Source of the DNA: Octopus bimaculoides
Taxonomy: Eukaryota
Assembly (NCBI RefSeq): GCF_001194135.2
Contig: NC_068985.1
Location: 69,678,132 to 69,722,395 of the forward strand
Length of the DNA: 44,264 bases
Direction: 5' to 3'
Shown here: in pieces, positions 37,701 to 44,264 of the stretch
Numbering within the stretch: position 1 is the stretch's first letter
How the letters are laid out: every line of letters starts with the position of its first letter
The notes under the pieces: generated by a model
The model's input: only the letters and a program-made list of their open reading frames with translations
Database searches by the model: none
Told to the model about the DNA's origin: nothing
Program-made: the position numbers and the translations under genes

Positions 37701-38445
37701 ATAAGTGTTTTACACGAATTGTTCGGTAGGTATGGTATTCCTGATACCATTGCGTCTGATAATGGGAATCAATTTATTTCAGACGAGTTCAAAACATTTT
37801 GTAAAATCCTCGTTCTCGAACTTGTAACCACTCCGCCGTATCATTGTATATCACATTGACAAGCAGAGCTTTGTGTCGACACTTTCAAGAGGACGTTATA
37901 AAAGGTAAAGAATGAAGTAATAGACGACCTTGTACTTCAATAATTTCTAAGATTATACCTAGGAACACACTGTCTGGAATGTCACCTGCGGAATTGATAT
38001 TTACTAGAAAAATCAGATCCGTCTTTGATAAGCTGATAACGAGTGAAATTAGAAAAAAAAGGCGAACAACAAATATCCTTCAATTTTCTTGAAGTTAGGA
38101 AACGAAGTTTCTTTTTTTCTAACTTATAGATATGGTAAAGATAACCAGGAGGATGGTGTTAATTATTAAACAGATTGGAAGAATATTATTACTGGTAAAA
38201 GGAAAAAAACGTCATATAATGACATATAAACCAACTTTCAAGTTAGAAATATTTACTACAGATGAAATTCCCATGGAAGTATTGTACGACACGTTTGAGG
38301 TACCAACATCCAAGAAAATAGAAACTAGCACAATTAAAAAGGAAAAGAACGGAAGCACTAAGCGTAAGAGATAATAAATCTCTGGACGGAATTTAATTTC
38401 CAGAAATGGGAGAAGTTATGAGAGGCTAACTCTCAAAAGAAGATA

Positions 38446-38685
38446 TGTTTTGGAAGGATGCCGACCACCCGAATATGCTTAAAAGTGGATTGACGCATTT
38501 CAGTAAAATAAAGAACAGTCGATTTCCCGGAAACAATTGATTGTGAGCAATTAACTATAAACAATTGACTGTGGGCAGTTCATAGAGAGTGTTAAGCCTC
38601 GTGTAAGGGCATTCTTATTGCGCCGTTTGAATACTTTCTTTCCCCCCGCTTCGTTAATTTATTTATCGAACTCCAGGTTATAGAA
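38446..38685 (+). repeat. 3' LTR
   Basis: Direct repeat of 34476-34720, preceded by a purine tract. Confidence 0.88.
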
Positions 38686-40789
38686 ATTATGGTAAAGGAT
38701 TGTATTTTGTAGATATCTCAAAATTTTAGAAGGTATTTGCATAATATGTATTGTGTGTTATCAGTGATCCCTTAGCTTATGTGCGTCGCCAAGAAACATA
38801 TTGTAAAGTGACAGGTGACTCAGAATAGCTTAGCCTGCAGATCACATTTAGTTATTATGTTCTTCTTAATACACAGTTTGTGATGTTCCATTGGAATGTA
38901 GTCTGTCAACCACATCTTTCGATCATTAACAGGAAGTAATTGTCCTAACGTTTGTGAAAGTAAACTTTGACGTAAGAATCGCGTGCGTGGCTCATTTATT
39001 TTTTCGAATGTCTATGTACCGAAAAACCAGTTCTGCATTTGATGCCCTCGATACATTGCATTGCATCTTGTCACTTTATTAGTTTGTTCAGAAAGCAGAT
39101 GTTGTGGCATCAGTCTAATTTTTTTTTTTTTACTTTTTCTACTGGCATATTTGTAAGGGATGCCTTGAGTAATCCAAATCATTTGCTTATCCTCTCTAAC
39201 GATCAGTCATAAGGATAATCTATATCAGCAGTTATAATACAGCTTGTGTAGCTATTTCATAATAGAGACTTTGGTATTTCTTTTGACTCAAATTGTGATA
39301 GAAACTATTAAAGGATATTTATCTTTGAGTTTGTAGAAAACTTGTCCAATAGCTGGTTTCATTTTGTCGTTCAGTTAGTTTTTCACTATATATATAAAGG
39401 GAATTAGAGAAAGAATGAGGGAGAAAACGATAAGGAAAGAAAACAGTATGGAGTAGAGTCGCATCAAAAATATTAAAATTAACTTACTTGGAAATGGATG
39501 CGTCCAGTCCTTAGGGCAGCCCTGAAAGAGAAGAAAGTTGATTACGTGAGGAACAGAAAGATGGACAATGGTCAAATGATCATCTTAATTTTTTTCAGGG
39601 CTCTCCTAAAGACTGGACGAAACTTATCTCTCTCTTCTGTCGTTTCTCTTGTCAAAGACAATATTTCTCATGCCTACATGTTTGTTTTCACTTAGTGTCG
39701 TTGTATTTCTCCACTGCCCTGTTTTTTTTCCCCGAACTTTGACCCTCCATAAATCCCAAATTTCATTTTGGTAATTATGGGAGCAACTGCCTTCGAGTAC
39801 TCATATTGCCGTTCAATGCTCGAAATGAGGAGTAGATAGACAACCAACAACTGATGAAGGGCCGTTCTTTATGTTCCTTGTTCTGTTTTCGATTTGTTTC
39901 TCTCGCTGTTAGGGTATTGAACTCATTTATTTTCCTATTTTATGTTGTTTACTGTTGGTAACGTCCTGTACCCATATATGCATGTGCATANNNNNNNNNN
40001 NNNNNNNNNNNNNNNNNNNNNNNNNNNNNNNNNNNNNNNNNNNNNNNNNNNNNNNNNNNNNNNNNNNNNNNNNNNNNNNNNNNNNNNNNNNNNNNNNNNN
40101 NNNNNNNNNNNNNNNNNNNNNNNNNNNNNNNNNNNNNNNNNNNNNNNNNNNNNNNNNNNNNNNNNNNNNNNNNNNNNNNNNNNNNNNNNNNNNNNNNNNN
40201 NNNNNNNNNNNNNNNNNNNNNNNNNNNNNNNNNNNNNNNNNNNNNNNNNNNNNNNNNNNNNNNNNNNNNNNNNNNNNNNNNNNNNNNNNNNNNNNNNNNN
40301 NNNNNNNNNNNNNNNNNNNNNNNNNNNNNNNNNNNNNNNNNNNNNNNNNNNNNNNNNNNNNNNNNNNNNNNNNNNNNNNNNNNNNNNNNNNNNNNNNNNN
40401 NNNNNNNNNNNNNNNNNNNNNNNNNNNNNNNNNNNNNNNNNNNNNNNNNNNNNNNNNNNNNNNNNNNNNNNNNNNNNNNNNNNNNNNNNNNNNNNNNNNN
40501 NNNNNNNNNNNNNNNNNNNNNNNNNNNNNNNNTATATATATATATATTTTTTCATATATATTATTTATATATTTATATTATAAATTTGATTGAACGTTAT
40601 GCATCCATTTCCTACTAAGTTTATCCTATATATATGTGCGTGTGTGTGTGTTTCTCTGTGTGTGTGTATGTGTGTGTCTCTGTGTGTACGTTTGTGCGTG
40701 TGTGCGTGTGTGTGTGTGTGTTAATGGTGTACTGTTCAGTGATGTTAGAATTAACAAAATGTACCACGGCTTAACAAACTAAAATGGGA

Positions 40790-41800
40790 CGATAGTTATT
40801 TTCTCTTTGATTGTAGATTATCAGCATAGAAAGAGAGTGGCTTAGAGTCTGTGGTAAAGATGTTCAATTCGTCAAGAAGAAATTATCCATATTCTTACAA
40901 TTGCTGGAAATTTCTGATCTAGATTTCAACAGTGTTTTACAGATCTTAGATCTGAGGTACGGGGTGGAATTTTGTATTACTTTCCACTTAATCGTATGTG
41001 GTATAGCACTCGACTTCAAAACCCATACGTGGGTAGCTAAGTTGTTAGGTTTGCTTTGACCTTTTGCTGGAAGGGTTATGTGATTAGCATAGCGATTTTT
41101 GAAATCGCTTTCACATAGTCCGATATAGCTCTTATTAGTTGTTATGTTATCATTCTGCGTTGCTGTATTTTCTGTCTTATATGTGACGAATATAATCATA
41201 CATACCTGGTCGAGTGGAAAGATTCCTAGGTCTCGACATGTACAAGTGGGAATAGTTATTTGTGGTGCCTTCCTGTAGTAATACTTTTCGAATTGGGGCA
41301 GCAACTATATGATAATTTCACTCAACGCCTGCTATCTAGTTTCCTGTACCTTTGATTTTCTGGGAATTTTTTTCTAGGAGACAGGAATCTTTTACCTATA
41401 TATGTTTTTGCATTAAGGGAAAGAGAGGGTGGACCAATTTATTTTCCTAGGTCTATTAATGTTATTATTCCTTATAGTATTAATGGGGCTATATATCAAT
41501 TTGTCCTTAAGACCAATATTAGCTAAGGCATTGTAGTAGTAGAGGGCTGCCTTCTCAAAAAATTCTTTAGAGGAAGAGATATTACTAATGTTACCCACCA
41601 GGTTTTTAAATACTAGAGGGGGTGACAAGACTGTTTATGTCTATAGCAAAGTTTCTCATTGAGTTTATAATAAGGCTAATAAGGGGAGGAGTTCAAGTCT
41701 AGGGAAACATATAAAAAATAAACTTTAGTCTGATTAATAACGATTGTGATTTTAAGGCCCATTTAACTGAAGGAAGAGGTAAGTTGTTACATAAATTTAT
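40790..41800 (-). mobile_element. Penelope-like element 3' half (RT thumb + GIY-YIG)
   Basis: GLKITIVIN, LDLN..PY.PYYK.NE.L.Y.HK.S.HPP, ISSSKEFFEKAALYYYNAL, RKINW, CTCR..FPL..C, KSYIGLCESDFKNRYANH, LATHVWVLK...IKWKVI and KSRSEISSNCK. Confidence 0.88.
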
Positions 41801-43399
41801 CTAAAGAAGCGTTATATCGGACAATATGCAAGCGAATTAAAAAATCAATATGCATATCACATATCTTCTTTGCGACACAGTGACAAAAGTATACCTACGT
41901 GGCTAGTCACGTATGGGGTCTGAAGTCGAGGGCCACACCACATACAATAAAATGGAAAGTAGTTAAAAAATTACACCATATGTTAACTGTAAAATAAAGT
42001 AAGTTACGCTTAGCTGAAAGAACCTAGATCCTTGAAATGTTCGACGATTTTAATCATATAGTTAATTTCCTGTTGACAAATTAGAAAGATTGAACAACAG
42101 TACCACAGTTCTTCTAGCTTTGTATCTTACTGTCAAAATGGCAATAACTCTAATTCTCCGCCTTTGGTTCTTTCTGCTTTCGCTTTCCAATTTTTCAGCT
42201 TTCTACTTTTTAGATGTACTTTTTTCTCACTTGTTCTCGTTTTTTCTCTCATCCTATCGTCCACTTTCAGTTTACTCTGCTGTGAGGACAGTTTGGAAGA
42301 GTGTACTGAGACACCAAACGTGTTAAGAATATAGTCCAGTATACTCTCGACGTATGAAACTAATAATAGCAAAGAAAAATATATATTGTGTTTATTAAAT
42401 AATATGTATCTACATGTGTGTGTATGAGGGAGAGAGNNNNNNNNNNNNNNNNNNNNNNNNNNNNNNNNNNNNNNNNNNNNNNNNNNNNNNNNNNNNNNNN
42501 NNNNNNNNNNNNNNNNNNNNNNNNNNNNNNNNNNNNNNNNNNNNNNNNNNNNNNNNNNNNNNNNNNNNNNNNNNNNNNNNNNNNNNNNNNNNNNNNNNNN
42601 NNNNNNNNNNNNNNNNNNNNNNNNNNNNNNNNNNNNNNNNNNNNNNNNNNNNNNNNNNNNNNNNNNNNNNNNNNNNNNNNNNNNNNNNNNNNNNNNNNNN
42701 AGAGGGGAGAGAGAGGGGGAGAGAGAGGGGGGAGAGAGGGGGGAGAGAGGGAGAGATAGAGAAATATATTATATGTATGCATATTTGTGAATTTGAACAG
42801 GAGCCAAGAATGCTGCATCGGCTAAGAAATATTGGCAGAAAAAGAAAACCGTACAAACAGTGATATACAGTTAATAATCTATGAATGACAGAGCGTGTGT
42901 GCGTGGGAAAAGGACAAGGAAGAGGTTGAGAAAATGAGTTGTACCAATTATTTATTCTGTGATATATTTCCCAGCGTCTATAGGCGGTTAAACTAATTTA
43001 TTAAATGTTCTGTGTGCGGGTTTTAAAGAGGAGATATACATTTTCATGACAGCACAGCGCAGGAAGAGAAATTTAATTAATAAACATTGGTAAAATGCTG
43101 GAAATGGATTACTGGGATATATAAACAAAAAGTACATATAATTTCCCTTTATATGCTAAGAAATAAGAGAAAGAGGCAGAAAAGGATAAGAGAAAGAGTG
43201 GCATAATGGGAAAGGGGAAGTGGCAGTGCGTATGTGAACGGTGATGGAGGTGAGAATGTGTGATATGGAGGAGAAAGAGGGAAAGTTTACATAAATTGCT
43301 AACGAAATGACACGTGTTAGCAGAAAGAGAGTAATTTAAGTACTAAACTGAATGGAAGGCATGTACAGTGGATTTGCGTATAAAGTACATCTATACTGA

Positions 43400-43990
43400 A
43401 ACCGATAATCTGATATATAATGGAAATTCTCGAGGAAGTAACATTACTTGGCACTGAGTTATAATTGAGATGTACAAATGGATGTCGTTATATACACAAT
43501 GGTATTTGCAGAAATTCCAATTGGAAATGAGATTAAGACTCGTGTAATTGACCAAAAGTACAGGATTTATGGCTTCCTCTATTACTAAGCTGGGCACACG
43601 TTTTACGATGGAATCTAGATTGTATATCTGTAGGTAGAAATTGTCGAAGTATCAAACTGAAGAAAAAAAATAAAAGTAAAATGAAAAACAATGTTAAAAT
43701 TTCCATGAATCTCAAAAGATGGATTACCATATTAGTGAAACTTTTCATACTTCTAATGGCAGCGACAAACGAACACCAGTGGGATAATGTCTTGAAAGTA
43801 GCACTTCTACAATTTGTTTTTACAAAAATTTTCATCATCCTAAAGCACATAATTCTTCAGCTGTTTGCCTCAAATACACATTCATCGTTATTAAACATCC
43901 TTCTTATATTTACTCTTCCGGGTTTGTTTGCACATTCTTCTAGAGTCTATATCTTCTAATTTGTTTAGGCGATCTCACTGAATATTCTTT
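43400..43990 (-). pseudogene. Decayed IS630/Tc1/mariner transposase, DD37E-like
   Basis: Broken-frame motifs in the expected order: VL*DDENF, FLPTDIQSRFHRKT (cf. FWPDLAS.HY) and PIGISANTIVY (cf. PIE.FW..LK..VY). Confidence 0.4.
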
Positions 43991-44039
43991 TAAATAAATA
44001 TTCGGTACAGAGTATAATTCTTAGAGATTTTAGCAGTAT

Positions 44040-44230
44040 GTCAGTATTATTAGGGGAAGGAAGGTCGACTCCATTGGCGTAGACCTCGACTCGAATATAT
44101 ATTTACCCATCCACGAAGGACTAACGGCAAAGTCGACGCTGGTGGGATTTGAAACCACAGCAAAAACAGTCGAAAGATACTGCATAGTATCTCACTCGTT
44201 GTCATGCAGAATCTAACCCCACGCTGCCAG
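44040..44230 (-). mobile_element. Degenerate tRNA-derived SINE
   Basis: The minus strand has B-box-like ggtttcaaatccc followed by gtcgactttgcc..t.cttcgtggatgggtaaat, the body motif of an abundant cephalopod SINE (from recall). Confidence 0.68.
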
Positions 44231-44264
44231 AAAAATGGTCATTGTACAACTGATCATATATATA

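Larger units (their letters stand above)
34476..38685 (+). mobile_element. Decayed Ty3/Gypsy LTR retrotransposon with both LTRs
   Basis: Paired LTRs, a PBS, Q-rich gag, protease LQFDTGT, RT FGINIAPAIFQQVM and AYLDD, RNase H, and integrase LHELFGRYGIPDTIASDNGNQFISDEF in PR-RT-RH-IN order. A PPT-like aaaagaaga and near-TSD attaa/attat are present. It is heavily frameshifted. Confidence 0.93.

Noticed and set aside
39780-39870. GAAA ... CTGATGA (39851) with flanking partial inverted repeat, a possible type-II hammerhead
   Set aside because: I could not build stems I and III or a valid NUH site.
40785-40830. CTGATAA-tct..aga-GAAA on the minus strand just after the PLE GIY-YIG
   Set aside because: The position fits a pLTR HHR relic, but the core is mutated and stems I and III are not recoverable, so it is too weak to call.
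41950-42150. KLELW / IVEHFKDL / NYFP on the minus strand, hAT (Charlie)-like
   Set aside because: Motif spacing is inconsistent and the sequence is too decayed to support.

Overview
This is AT-rich, repeat-dense animal (eukaryotic) genomic DNA from a draft assembly. It has 10 N-gaps, mostly bounded by (TA)n/(CA)n/(GA)n microsatellites. The repeat families resemble those of coleoid cephalopods (Octopus); this is an inference. I could not support any host gene, and almost all ORFs in the track are microsatellite, N-run or antisense artefacts. The window is a graveyard of decayed mobile elements: three R4/Dong-type RLE LINE copies (one near full length, one split by a Helitron), three Penelope-like (PLE) RT/GIY-YIG remnants, a Gypsy LTR element with both LTRs, mariner and Tc1-like fragments, two non-autonomous Helitrons (one carrying a telomere-like array), an RTE remnant and tRNA-SINEs. 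The most notable signal is a set of minimal type-I hammerhead ribozyme (HHR) motifs. One lies in a non-coding, circularly permuted ~350-nt unit with a 5' inversion (29523-30036), which looks like a PLE-mobilised retrozyme (circular-RNA retroelement). All alignments and translations were done by eye, so identities and boundaries are approximate.
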